The notes under the pieces are model-generated. The model saw only the letters and a list, made by a program, of their open reading frames with translations. It was not told where the DNA came from and did not search any database. A DNA stretch of 64,000 nucleotides from Vulcanimicrobiota bacterium (GTDB lineage: Bacteria > Vulcanimicrobiota > Vulcanimicrobiia > Vulcanimicrobiales > Vulcanimicrobiaceae), in assembly GCA_963733295.1 (NCBI GenBank), contig CAVTCS010000003.1, positions 2,048,001 through 2,112,000 of the forward strand. The letters are read 5' to 3'. Made by a program: the position numbers and the translations under genes. Positions within the stretch are counted from its first letter, which is position 1; every line of letters begins with the position of its first letter. Positions 43,178 through 52,438 of the stretch are shown piece by piece.

Positions 43178-43314
43178 GAGGGGATGAAAATTGGCGAGCG
43201 GTCGCCTTGCTCCTGGAAGATTTTTTCCATATACGGCCATCGTGAGGGTTTGCGAGCGCAAGGGCGACCCACCGGCCGGTCGAACGCCGAGCGCATGCGG
43301 CCGGTCGTCCTCGC

Positions 43315-45102
43315 TTGAGTTCAGCACAACCGAGTCTGGAGCAACTCTACGAAGCACTGCGCCGCGCGCACGTCGACAGCCTCAACCTGCAAGACGCCCT
43401 TCGCTTGCAGCAGGACGCCGAATCCAAATCCCCGTACGCGCGCTGGCTCGAAAGCCGCAAACTTTGGCCACGCGATCTCGAGCGGCTACGCGCGCTCTCC
43501 CGTGCGTTAACGTACCGGCCCAAACTTAGCGTCATCGTTGCCACCTACGAGACGGCCGAAGCGCACCTTCGGGCGGCGTTGGACTCGGTTTTCGCTCAGA
43601 CGTACGAGAATTGGGAGTTGTGCGTCGCCGACGATGCCTCGCCTCAACCGCACGTTCGTCGAATTCTCCAAGAGTACGCCGCCGGCGACAGACGGGTAAA
43701 GGTTGTTTTCCGCGAGGAAAACGGTCACATCTCGCTCGCAACCAATTCCGCATTGGACATCGCCCAGGGAGAGTTCGTCTGTCTTCTCGATCACGACGAT
43801 GTCTTGAGCCCAGACGCCCTTTTCGAAGTCGCGCTGTTGCTGAACATGCATCCCGATGCCGACTTCATCTACTCCGATGAAGACAAACTCGACGACGCCA
43901 CCGGGCAGTTCGTTGATCCGTATTTCAAACCAGACTGGTGCCCCGATTCGTTTCTTTCGCGCATGTACACGGCACATCTCGGCGTCTATCGCCGCTCGAT
44001 CGTCCGCGACCTCGGTGGAATGCGGGAAGGGTTCGAAGGTAGTCAGGATTACGATCTCGTCCTGCGGCTCGTGGAGCGCACCGCTCGCATCCACCACATT
44101 CCGAAGGTCCTCTATCACTGGCGCGCACACGCGATGTCCACTGCGTCCGAGATGGAAGCGAAGCCTTATGCTGCCGGCGCCGCACAACGCGCGCTTTCCG
44201 AAGCCCTCGATCGACGCGGCCAACCCGGAACGGTCGTCGCGCTAGCCGACTGCCCCGGTACGTACATCGTTCGGTACCGGATCGGGCGTTACGGGAAGGT
44301 GCAAGTTTGCCTCTCGGCGCGGTCGGATGCCACAAGCTTAAACCGGTGCCTGAATTCGATCTTTTCGAACGACGCCTATGCAGATTTCGAGATCGTGCTC
44401 TTCCCCGATTTCAAAAACCCTGCGTTGCTCGACACTTACCGGCGCTGGGCCACGGACGAGGCTCGCGTTAGCCTTCCGGATCACCACGCTCGCGGCAATC
44501 CGACGCGTCTTCGCAACGCAAGCATCGCGGACTCGAGCGCGACGTACGTCTTATTCCTCGACGACGACACCGAAGTCGTTACTTCGGACTGGCTTACCGC
44601 TCTTATCGAACAAGCGCAGCGGCCGACGATCGGCGCCGTCGGTCCGCTGCTCGTTGGCCCGGACGGCAACGTGCGCCAAGCCGGCCTCATCATCGGCACG
44701 AACCATATCGTCACCTCAGGGCATCGCTCGTTTCCGCGCGACGCCTTCGGTTATTTCTCGACGCTGCGCTCGATCAATAACTTCTCTGCATTCTCGGGCG
44801 CCTGCGTGATGGTTCGGCGAGAGGCTTTCCTTAACGTCGGCGGCCTGGACGAGCAGCTGGCGATGGCTTACGGCGATATCGATTTGTGCCTGCGCTTGCA
44901 GCGCGCGGGTTACCACAACGTCTACCTCCCCCACGTCGTGCTCTTCGAGCATGCTCTCGCTGTGGAGTCGGACGATCCCCACAAGCGCTTTGGTCCGGAA
45001 CTCGAGCTCATGAGGTTGCGCTGGCGGACGGACGAAGTCGAAGACCCGTGCTATAACCCGAACCTCGCGCTCGAAGCGGAGACCTACGCTTTGCGGATCT
45101 GA
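43315..45102 (+). CDS. Two-domain GT2 glycosyltransferase, third diverged paralog
   Basis: WELCVADDAS, LDHDD, YSDEDK, FKPDW, SQDYDL. Confidence 0.9.
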   Translation: MSSAQPSLEQLYEALRRAHVDSLNLQDALRLQQDAESKSPYARWLESRKLWPRDLERLRALSRALTYRPKLSVIVATYETAEAHLRAALDSVFAQTYENWELCVADDASPQPHVRRILQEYAAGDRRVKVVFREENGHISLATNSALDIAQGEFVCLLDHDDVLSPDALFEVALLLNMHPDADFIYSDEDKLDDATGQFVDPYFKPDWCPDSFLSRMYTAHLGVYRRSIVRDLGGMREGFEGSQDYDLVLRLVERTARIHHIPKVLYHWRAHAMSTASEMEAKPYAAGAAQRALSEALDRRGQPGTVVALADCPGTYIVRYRIGRYGKVQVCLSARSDATSLNRCLNSIFSNDAYADFEIVLFPDFKNPALLDTYRRWATDEARVSLPDHHARGNPTRLRNASIADSSATYVLFLDDDTEVVTSDWLTALIEQAQRPTIGAVGPLLVGPDGNVRQAGLIIGTNHIVTSGHRSFPRDAFGYFSTLRSINNFSAFSGACVMVRREAFLNVGGLDEQLAMAYGDIDLCLRLQRAGYHNVYLPHVVLFEHALAVESDDPHKRFGPELELMRLRWRTDEVEDPCYNPNLALEAETYALRI

Positions 45103-45147
45103 ATGTGCGAACGAAGGGCGCTCCGTTAGCCGGTCGAAGCCCCCCGT

Positions 45148-45669
45148 ATGGCGCTTGCAGTCACGCATACCATTTTTGACGCGGCGAAAGTATTCGTTCC
45201 TGACGTATACGAGGACGACCGCGGATACTTCAAGGAAGTGTACGCTACGCATCGCTATCAAGAAGCGGGCATCTCGGACACGTTCCTTCAGGACAGCGTT
45301 TCCTACTCGACGAAGAACGTCATTCGTGGGCTGCACTACGATTCGGCCATGTCGAAGTTCGTTCAGGTCTTACGCGGCCGAATTTGGGACGTGATCGTCG
45401 ATTTACGCGAGGACTCATCGACGTATCGCAGGTGGCAAGGGTTCAATCTTTCCGAATTCAATCACAAGCAGCTCTACGTTCCGGCCGGTTTCGCGCACGG
45501 TTTCCTAGCGCTCAGTGACGACGTCGTGGTTTTCTACAAGCAGGGAGCGCTCTACGATCCGTCGCGCGAACGCGCCGTCCGCTGGAACGACCCTACCCTG
45601 GCGATCGAATGGCCGCTCGTCGGCGAACCGCGAGTGTCGCTGAAGGACCAAGCAGCGCCGTTCCTCTGA
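45148..45669 (+). CDS. rfbC: dTDP-4-dehydrorhamnose 3,5-epimerase
   Basis: DDRGYF, IRGLHY, DVIVDLR, VPAGFAHGF. Confidence 0.95.
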   Translation: MALAVTHTIFDAAKVFVPDVYEDDRGYFKEVYATHRYQEAGISDTFLQDSVSYSTKNVIRGLHYDSAMSKFVQVLRGRIWDVIVDLREDSSTYRRWQGFNLSEFNHKQLYVPAGFAHGFLALSDDVVVFYKQGALYDPSRERAVRWNDPTLAIEWPLVGEPRVSLKDQAAPFL

Positions 45670-45708
45670 GGGTCTTCGGCTGACGGAGTGGCGCGTACGC
45701 CGCTCCTA

Positions 45709-45810
45709 TCAGGAAAGCGCGGCAACGAGACGCCCAAGCTCGATCGGATTCGCAAACGCTTGAAAAGAGCACGGGAGGAATATGGATCACAAACAGCTCG
45801 CCGAAGATGA
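45709..45810 (+). pseudogene. 3' remnant of RelE/Gp49-like toxin gene
   Basis: Reads SGKRGNETPKLDRIRKRLKRAREEY, resembling Gp49-family C-termini; overlaps the antitoxin start; no 5' part. Confidence 0.55.
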
Positions 45811-46135
45811 CGACAAGGTCGTCTTCGTTGCCGGCAGCGGGAATGTCTTTGCGGATCTCGGTCTTGAGAACGCAGACGAGCCGCTCGTTAAGGCCGATCT
45901 CGCCAACGCGCTCAATGGGGTGATCCGTTCACACGGCTGGACACAGGCGGAAGCCGCTGCGCGCGCCGGCTTGACTCAGCCCGACATTTCCCGGATCGGG
46001 CAAATGAAGACTGACAGCTTTTCTCAGGAGCGCCTGCAGAACGCGTTGCGCCACCTCGGCATGGACGTCGAGATCAGACTGCACCTTCGGAAGAACGGCG
46101 GCATCGGGACGCTAAAGGTTCGTGAACTCGCATGA
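45782..46135 (+). CDS. XRE-family HTH antitoxin (HigA-like)
   Basis: GSGNVFADLG, WTQAEAA...LTQPDIS, FSQERL. Confidence 0.88.
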   Translation: MDHKQLAEDDDKVVFVAGSGNVFADLGLENADEPLVKADLANALNGVIRSHGWTQAEAAARAGLTQPDISRIGQMKTDSFSQERLQNALRHLGMDVEIRLHLRKNGGIGTLKVRELA

Positions 46136-46534
46136 CGATCCCGATCAGTGTTCCCAACGAGGCCGCCTTTGCAGAGGTCCAATGGAGATTCGAGTTGATT
46201 CGCGCGCGGCACTCTGACGCGAAACTCCAGCTCTTTCCGGCCAGCGGTCCTGTGATCGAAGCGCGGATCGTCTGGAGCGTTTCAGCGCACTAAGAAATCG
46301 GTGTAATCGCGGGGATGCTTTACTGCCGACGACAGCCGATCGCCGTCCTCAAACGTGACGACGAAGACTTGCGTTGACCCGAGCAAGTTGCTGCGTGCGC
46401 TGCGAGTTCAAGCACTCTCCCTTACACGATGCTCGTGCAATTCGACGGCACGCGCGAACGCGCGTGGAAGATCTCCCTTCCGCCCGATCGCTGCCGCGAG
46501 TTGATTGCGAACAGCCTCTTTCACTAAATGCGAT

Positions 46535-47326
46535 TCAGGCGGAGCGAACGACCGTCGTACCCTCGCCGTCGAGCGCGCGGCCTAATGCGCCGGGTCCGGA
46601 GCCGCAGATAATCGCGCTGTGCGCGCCGCGCGCTAGCGCGTCGAGCGCGCTCTCCATCTTCGGCAGCATTCCGCCGGAGAAAACGCCGTCGGCTATGTAG
46701 CGTCGCGCAGTCGCTTCGTCGATGCGGGCGATGCCGCTTGCCGGATCGTCGAGGCGAAGGCGCACGCGCTCGACGTTCGTCACGATGACGTAGGCGTCGG
46801 CGGCCAAAGCGCCGGCGATCGCGCCGGCCGACGTATCGGCGTTCACGTTGAGCGCCGCCCGCCCGTTCGACGTCACGGCCAGAGGTGCGACGACCGGAGT
46901 GAGCCCGGCGCTCAGCAGACCCTCGAGCACCGCCGGCTGCACCGTCTCGATCTCGCCGACGAAGCCCAAGTCCTCGCCCTCGATCGGCGCCATCTTGCGT
47001 GCGACCAGCAGCGCGCCGTCCTGGCCGGAGATTCCCGCGGCGCGGACTCCGCGGGCCAACAGTGCTCGCACCAGCGCCTTATTGACCGTCCCGCAGAGGA
47101 CGCTCTCGGTGACCGCCAGCGTCGCGGCATCGGTCACTCGCAGCCCGGCGACCCGGCGCTGGCCGATGCCGCGCTCGGCTAAAGCGGCATCGATCTGCGG
47201 TCCCCCGCCGTGGACGAGCACGACCCGGTCTCCCGCGGCGACCCGCACGGTGATCTCGTCGAGCAGCGGATCGGGCCCGCCTCCGCCGGCCAGGGCGTTC
47301 CCGCCGTACTTGAGGACGACGAGCAC
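46535..47326 (-). CDS. argB: Acetylglutamate kinase
   Basis: KYGGNA, VHGGGPQI, GLRVTD, NVNADT, GGMLPK. Confidence 0.95.
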   Translation of the reverse strand: MLVVLKYGGNALAGGGGPDPLLDEITVRVAAGDRVVLVHGGGPQIDAALAERGIGQRRVAGLRVTDAATLAVTESVLCGTVNKALVRALLARGVRAAGISGQDGALLVARKMAPIEGEDLGFVGEIETVQPAVLEGLLSAGLTPVVAPLAVTSNGRAALNVNADTSAGAIAGALAADAYVIVTNVERVRLRLDDPASGIARIDEATARRYIADGVFSGGMLPKMESALDALARGAHSAIICGSGPGALGRALDGEGTTVVRSA

Positions 47327-47338
47327 CCCTAGGCTACC

Positions 47339-47375
47339 CTTGCAATTTCATGCATAATCTGCATAATTATACAGG
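47339..47375. promoter_or_regulatory. Tandem ARG boxes (ArgR operator) in the divergent argB/argF spacer
   Basis: AT-rich cores TGCAATTTCATGCA (47341-47354) and TGCATAATTATACA (47360-47373); TATAAT on the minus strand within box 2. Confidence 0.85.
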
Positions 47376-47377
47376 AA

Positions 47378-48349
47378 GTGCTCGCCTCTGTCGCTGACGT
47401 TGCCCTCCGGGGACGTAATTTTCTTCAGGTAAGGGACCTGTCGCCGCTTGAGATCGGCACGATCCTGGGCCTTGCCGTGCACCTCAAAGCGGGCCGGATC
47501 GCCGATCAGCTGCCGATGCTGCGCGGCAAAACGCTGGGCATGCTCTTCGAGAAGCCCTCGTTGCGCACGCGTGCCTCGTTCGAGGTCGCCATGACGCAAC
47601 TCGGCGGGCATGCCTTGATCGCCCAGGGCGGCGACTTTATGGTGGGCTCGCGCGAAACGCCTGAAGATGCCGCTCGGGTCCTTTCGCGTTACGTCGACGC
47701 GATCGTGGTTCGCACGCATGCCCACGAACCGCTCGAGCGTTTCGCCGATGCGGCGACCGTCCCCGTCATCAACGGCCTGTCGGAAGCGGCGCATCCGTGT
47801 CAAGCGCTGGCCGACCTTCTCACGATTCGGGAACGCTTCGGCACGCTCGAAGGGCTCCGTATCGCGTACGTGGGCGACGCGCGCAACAACGTCGCGTCCT
47901 CGCTTGCCGAGGCGGCGATGATGGCCGGCATCACGCTGAACTTCGGCTGCCCTCCGACGCACCGGCCCTCGGAAGCGTTTCTCGCCGATCTGCAACGTCT
48001 TGGCAAACCTCACGGCGCACTCGTGCGCGCCTTCACCTCGCCGATTCGCGCGGTGCGCGACGTCGACGTCGTCTACACCGATATTTGGACCTCGATGGGC
48101 GAGGAGCACCTCACCGAACGCAACGCCGCGGCCTTGCTTCCGTACCGCGTCACGCCCGAGCTGATGTCGGCGGCCGCCGTGCACGCGCTCTTCATGCACT
48201 GTCTCCCGGCTCATCGCGACGAAGAAGTGAGTCCGGAAGTCATCGACGGCCCGCAAAGCGCCGTCTTCGATCAAGCCGAAAACCGCTTGCACGCGCAGAA
48301 GGCTCTGCTCGTGGCGCTCTTGACCGACCTCCGAGGATTGCCCGTATGA
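47378..48349 (+). CDS. argF: Ornithine carbamoyltransferase
   Basis: FEKPSLRT, HPCQ, SMG, HCLP. Confidence 0.95.
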   Translation: MLASVADVALRGRNFLQVRDLSPLEIGTILGLAVHLKAGRIADQLPMLRGKTLGMLFEKPSLRTRASFEVAMTQLGGHALIAQGGDFMVGSRETPEDAARVLSRYVDAIVVRTHAHEPLERFADAATVPVINGLSEAAHPCQALADLLTIRERFGTLEGLRIAYVGDARNNVASSLAEAAMMAGITLNFGCPPTHRPSEAFLADLQRLGKPHGALVRAFTSPIRAVRDVDVVYTDIWTSMGEEHLTERNAAALLPYRVTPELMSAAAVHALFMHCLPAHRDEEVSPEVIDGPQSAVFDQAENRLHAQKALLVALLTDLRGLPV

Positions 48350-48813
48350 AATCGACTCGCCAGCGCGCGATTCTGTCGCTCATCGCGACGCGCCCCGTTC
48401 ACTCGCAAGAAGAACTCGCGCATCTGCTCGAGTCGCAAGGCTACGAAGTCACGCAAGCGACGGTCTCGCGCGATATCAAGGAGTTGGGGCTTGCCAAGGT
48501 TCCCCTCAAGAACGGCGCCGGTTCGCAGTTCAAGTACGTCGAACCCGGACTCGGGCCGGCCTTCACCAGCCGGTTGCATCGCATGGTGGCCGAGCTCGTG
48601 ATCGACGTGCGCGGTTCGCTCAATCAGATCGTGCTGCGCACGCCGCCCGGCAGCGCGATGATGCTCGCTTCGGCCATCGATAGCGCGGGCTGGAACGAAG
48701 TGATCGGAACGCTCGGCGGCGACGACACGGTGCTCGTCATTCTGGCGGACCCAGGGCAGCAGCCGGTCGTCAAACAACGCTTTGAAGACCTTCGCTCGGA
48801 GCACGCCCATTGA
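48346..48813 (+). CDS. argR: Arginine repressor
   Basis: VTQATVSRDIKELG, GTLGGDDT. Confidence 0.96.
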   Translation: MKSTRQRAILSLIATRPVHSQEELAHLLESQGYEVTQATVSRDIKELGLAKVPLKNGAGSQFKYVEPGLGPAFTSRLHRMVAELVIDVRGSLNQIVLRTPPGSAMMLASAIDSAGWNEVIGTLGGDDTVLVILADPGQQPVVKQRFEDLRSEHAH

Positions 48814-50039
48814 GCACGATCGTCCTGGCTTACTCCGGCGGACTCGACACCTCGGTTCTGCTCAAGCGTTACGTGCTCGAAGGACACTCGGTCGTCGCGA
48901 TGACGCTCGATCTAGGTGAAAGCGACGGCACGACCGGCCGCGGCGCCTCGGCCGCGCTCGATGAGGTGAAAGCCAAAGCGCTCAAACTCGGCGCGACCGA
49001 CGCGCTGCTGATCGATGCGAAGGAACGCTTCATCGAAGAGTTCGCGCAGCCGGCGCTGCGCGCGAACGCGCTCTACGAAAACGTCTATCCGCTGTCCGCC
49101 GCGCTCTCGCGGCCGTTGATCGCGGCACTGCTCGTCGAAACGGCGCATCGTTCTGGAGCCGACGCGGTCGCCCACGGTTGTACCGGGAAGGGCAACGATC
49201 AAGTCCGCATCGAGCTGGCGGTGCGCGCGCTCGATCCGGCGCTCAAGACGCTTGCGCCTCTGCGCGACAATCCGCTCTCGCGGCCCGATGCGATGGCGTT
49301 CGCGCAGAAGAACGGCGTGCCGGTCACATCGACCGTCGAGCGGCCGTACTCGGTCGACGCGAACCTGTGGGGCCGGTCGATCGAAGCGGGCGTGCTCGAA
49401 GATCCGTGGAACGCGCCGCCCGAAGACGCCTACGCCTGGACGGCGCCGCCCGCCGAACGCCCGCACGAGCCGGAATCGGTCGTCATCGATTTCGAGCGCG
49501 GCGTCCCGGCGTGCGAAGGTCTGCGCGGCGCAGCCTTGGTCGCCGAACTCAACGCGCGTGCCGGAGCGCACGGCGTCGGGCGCATCGACTTGATCGAGGA
49601 TCGCGTGATCGGCGTCAAGTCGCGTGAAGTTTACGAGTGCCCCGGTTCGATCGCCCTCATCACCGCACATCGCGCGCTCGAGCGGCTCGTCCTGACCCGT
49701 GACGAACTGCGCCTCAAGGCGATGCTCGACCAGAAATACGCCGAGCTCGTGTACGACGGGCTGTGGCCCTCGCCGCTGCGCCGCGCGCTCGATGCCTTCA
49801 ACGCCGCGCTCGCGGAGCGAATGACGGGCCGCGTCCGCTTGCGCCTGCACCAGGGCCTCGCGGTCGCCGACGGTTCCGCCTCGCCCTTCGCACTCTACGA
49901 CGAGAAGCTCGCGACCTACGGTCACGGAGACCGCTTCAAGCACGACGCGGCCGCGGGCTTCATCGAGCTGTGGGGACTTCCGCTCGAACTCGGCGCGCGC
50001 GTGGAGCGTGACGCTTTCGCCGGCGCACCGCGACCGTAA
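48810..50039 (+). CDS. argG: Argininosuccinate synthase
   Basis: AYSGGLDTS, HGCTGKGNDQVR, KSREVYE. Confidence 0.97.
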   Translation: MSTIVLAYSGGLDTSVLLKRYVLEGHSVVAMTLDLGESDGTTGRGASAALDEVKAKALKLGATDALLIDAKERFIEEFAQPALRANALYENVYPLSAALSRPLIAALLVETAHRSGADAVAHGCTGKGNDQVRIELAVRALDPALKTLAPLRDNPLSRPDAMAFAQKNGVPVTSTVERPYSVDANLWGRSIEAGVLEDPWNAPPEDAYAWTAPPAERPHEPESVVIDFERGVPACEGLRGAALVAELNARAGAHGVGRIDLIEDRVIGVKSREVYECPGSIALITAHRALERLVLTRDELRLKAMLDQKYAELVYDGLWPSPLRRALDAFNAALAERMTGRVRLRLHQGLAVADGSASPFALYDEKLATYGHGDRFKHDAAAGFIELWGLPLELGARVERDAFAGAPRP

Positions 50040-50042
50040 GCC

Positions 50043-51461
50043 GTGCCCGCCAAATTACAGTGGGGCGGCCGTTTCAGCGGCGCCCCGGATGCCGCGTTGC
50101 TCGCATTTGGTTCTTCACTCGAAGAAGATCTCGTCCTCGCGCCGTTCGACGTCGAAGGTTCGCGCGGGCACGTCAAAGCGCTGCGCGGCGGAGGTTTGAT
50201 CGACGCAGCTCGCGCGAAAGCCCTCGACGACGCGCTGCAAACGATCGCGCGCGAAGTCGAGTCCGGCAGCTTCGCCGCTTATGCCCGCGCGAGCGGTGCG
50301 GAGGACGGCCACGGTGCGATCGACGCGCGCGTGCGCGAGTTAGCGCCGGGTAAGGGCGCGGACCTTCATACCGGACGGAGCCGCAACGACCAAGTCGCGA
50401 CCGCCCTTTCGCTCTACGCGCGCGACCGGGCGGAGCGGGCGTGCGGGCTGTGCGTCGCCATCGCACGCGACGCGCTCGAGCGTGCGCAAGATGCGCTCGA
50501 GCGCGAGATCCTGCTGCCGGCGACGACGCACATGCAGCCCGCCCAGCCGATCTTGCTCGCCTTCTGGCTCGAAGCGGTAGCGGAAAACTTTGTGCGCGCG
50601 GCGCGGCGCGCGATGCGGGTCGCTGCCGACGCACGCGAATCGTCGCCGCTCGGCTCGGGCGCGTGTAGCGGCTCGACGCTTCCGCTCGACCGGAGCGCGA
50701 GCGCGACGTTTTTGGGCTTTGCAGGTCCTTCGCGCAACGCGCTCGACGCGATCGGAGATCGCGATCTTGCGCTCGATTTGTTGCACGCGGTGGCGCGCGC
50801 GACGCTGGCCGCGTCGCGAGTGAGTGGCGAACTCGTCATGTGGGCGACCCCGGCGTTCGGCTTCGTGCGCCTCGGCGATGCCGCTTCGACGGGTTCGAGC
50901 CTCATGCCGCAAAAGCGCAATCCCGACCCGTTCGAGTTCGTGCGCGGGACCGCGGCGCTGATCGACGGCGAGCTGCTCGGCGCGCTCGGCTCGCTCGGCG
51001 GCTTGCCGCTCTCGTATCACAAGGATCTGCAGGCCACGAAAGGCGCGGCGATTCGCGGTACCGAGCGGGGACTGGCTGCGCTCGAAGCGTTTCGGCGCGC
51101 GTTCGGGTACGTCGAATGGAACGCGGCCGTCATGAGCGCGCGAGCCGGTGACGGTTACACCGTCGCGACCGACCTCGCGGACGCGCTCGTCGCACGCGGC
51201 GTCGCGGCGCGCGTCGCACACTCGCTCGTGGGCGAGACCGTCAGCGCTGCGGAACGCGCCGGCCGGCCGCTGATCGAGGCCGATCTCGACGCACTGACGA
51301 GCGCGGCGCAGCTCGATTCCCCGCTTTCGGCTCCGCTGCAAGCGCTCGACTCGGTTCGCGCAAAACGCACCTCCGGCTCGACCCGGCCGAGCGCAGTCGC
51401 GGAAGCGATCGTCCAACTCCGGCAAGTCCTGGAGCAGCAGTTCGGGAAGGTAACGGCATGA
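50043..51461 (+). CDS. argH: Argininosuccinate lyase
   Basis: WGGRF, HTGRSRNDQ, GSSLMPQKRNP. Confidence 0.95.
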   Translation: MPAKLQWGGRFSGAPDAALLAFGSSLEEDLVLAPFDVEGSRGHVKALRGGGLIDAARAKALDDALQTIAREVESGSFAAYARASGAEDGHGAIDARVRELAPGKGADLHTGRSRNDQVATALSLYARDRAERACGLCVAIARDALERAQDALEREILLPATTHMQPAQPILLAFWLEAVAENFVRAARRAMRVAADARESSPLGSGACSGSTLPLDRSASATFLGFAGPSRNALDAIGDRDLALDLLHAVARATLAASRVSGELVMWATPAFGFVRLGDAASTGSSLMPQKRNPDPFEFVRGTAALIDGELLGALGSLGGLPLSYHKDLQATKGAAIRGTERGLAALEAFRRAFGYVEWNAAVMSARAGDGYTVATDLADALVARGVAARVAHSLVGETVSAAERAGRPLIEADLDALTSAAQLDSPLSAPLQALDSVRAKRTSGSTRPSAVAEAIVQLRQVLEQQFGKVTA

Positions 51462-52438
51462 CGCGCGTGCACGTGCTCGGGGCGGCAGGCTATGCAGCGG
51501 GCGAACTGATCCGGCTCGTCCTGCGCCATCCCGATCTCGAACTAGGAGCGATCGAAAGCGCCTCCCATGCCGGCGAGCCGCTCGCCGTGCATTTTCCGGA
51601 GCTGCGCTCGAGCGCGCGCGCATTCGATGCTCCGGGCTCGGTCGCGGAGCGCGCGAGTGCCGACGACGTCGTCGTGCTGGCCGGCGATGCGGCTATCGCC
51701 CGCAGCGTAGCGCCGGCGTTTTTGGCCAAAGGAATCCGCGTCCTCGATCTTTCGGACGCCTTCCGCCTGCATCAGAACGCGGGCGAAGCCGTCTATGGGT
51801 TGACGGAACGTTATCGCGACGCGCTCCGCTCCGCGCGACTCGTCGCGAATCCAGGCTGTTACCCGACGGCCACCTTGCTCGCGCTCTTGCCGCTCGCACC
51901 GTTCGCTCCCGACATCGAGCAACTCGTCGTGGATGCGAAGAGCGGAATCACCGGCGCCGGGCGCAGACCGGTGACCTCTTCGCTCTTCGCCGAAGTGGAC
52001 GGCGACGTTCGCGCGTACGGGCTCTCGGGACACCGGCATTACTCCGAGATGGTCCAAGAACTCGACGTGGCCGGGATCAACGTGCCGCTGGTCTTCACGC
52101 CGCACGTCGTGCCGCTTCGTCGCGGCATGCTGGCCGACTGCTACGCTTTCTTCTCGCGCGAGCCTGACGATGCGGCGTTGGAAGCCTCGTTCCAGCGGAC
52201 CTACGGTGGAAGTCCCTTCGTGCGAATCTTGCCTGCCGAGCGCGCGCCGAGCTTGCGCGCCGTAGCCGGGACCAACGACGCGGAGATCCATCTCTCACGC
52301 TCGGGCCGCGTCGTGCGCGTGATTTGCGCGATCGACAATCTCGGTAAGGGCGCGGCGGGACAGGCGCTCCAAAACATCAACGTCATGCTCGGCTTCCCTG
52401 AGGAGAGTGCGCTCGATGATCGCAACGTCGTCGTCTGA
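51458..52438 (+). CDS. argC: N-acetyl-gamma-glutamyl-phosphate reductase
   Basis: GAAGY, ANPGCYPT, SGITGAG, IDNLGKGAAGQA. Confidence 0.96.
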   Translation: MTRVHVLGAAGYAAGELIRLVLRHPDLELGAIESASHAGEPLAVHFPELRSSARAFDAPGSVAERASADDVVVLAGDAAIARSVAPAFLAKGIRVLDLSDAFRLHQNAGEAVYGLTERYRDALRSARLVANPGCYPTATLLALLPLAPFAPDIEQLVVDAKSGITGAGRRPVTSSLFAEVDGDVRAYGLSGHRHYSEMVQELDVAGINVPLVFTPHVVPLRRGMLADCYAFFSREPDDAALEASFQRTYGGSPFVRILPAERAPSLRAVAGTNDAEIHLSRSGRVVRVICAIDNLGKGAAGQALQNINVMLGFPEESALDDRNVVV

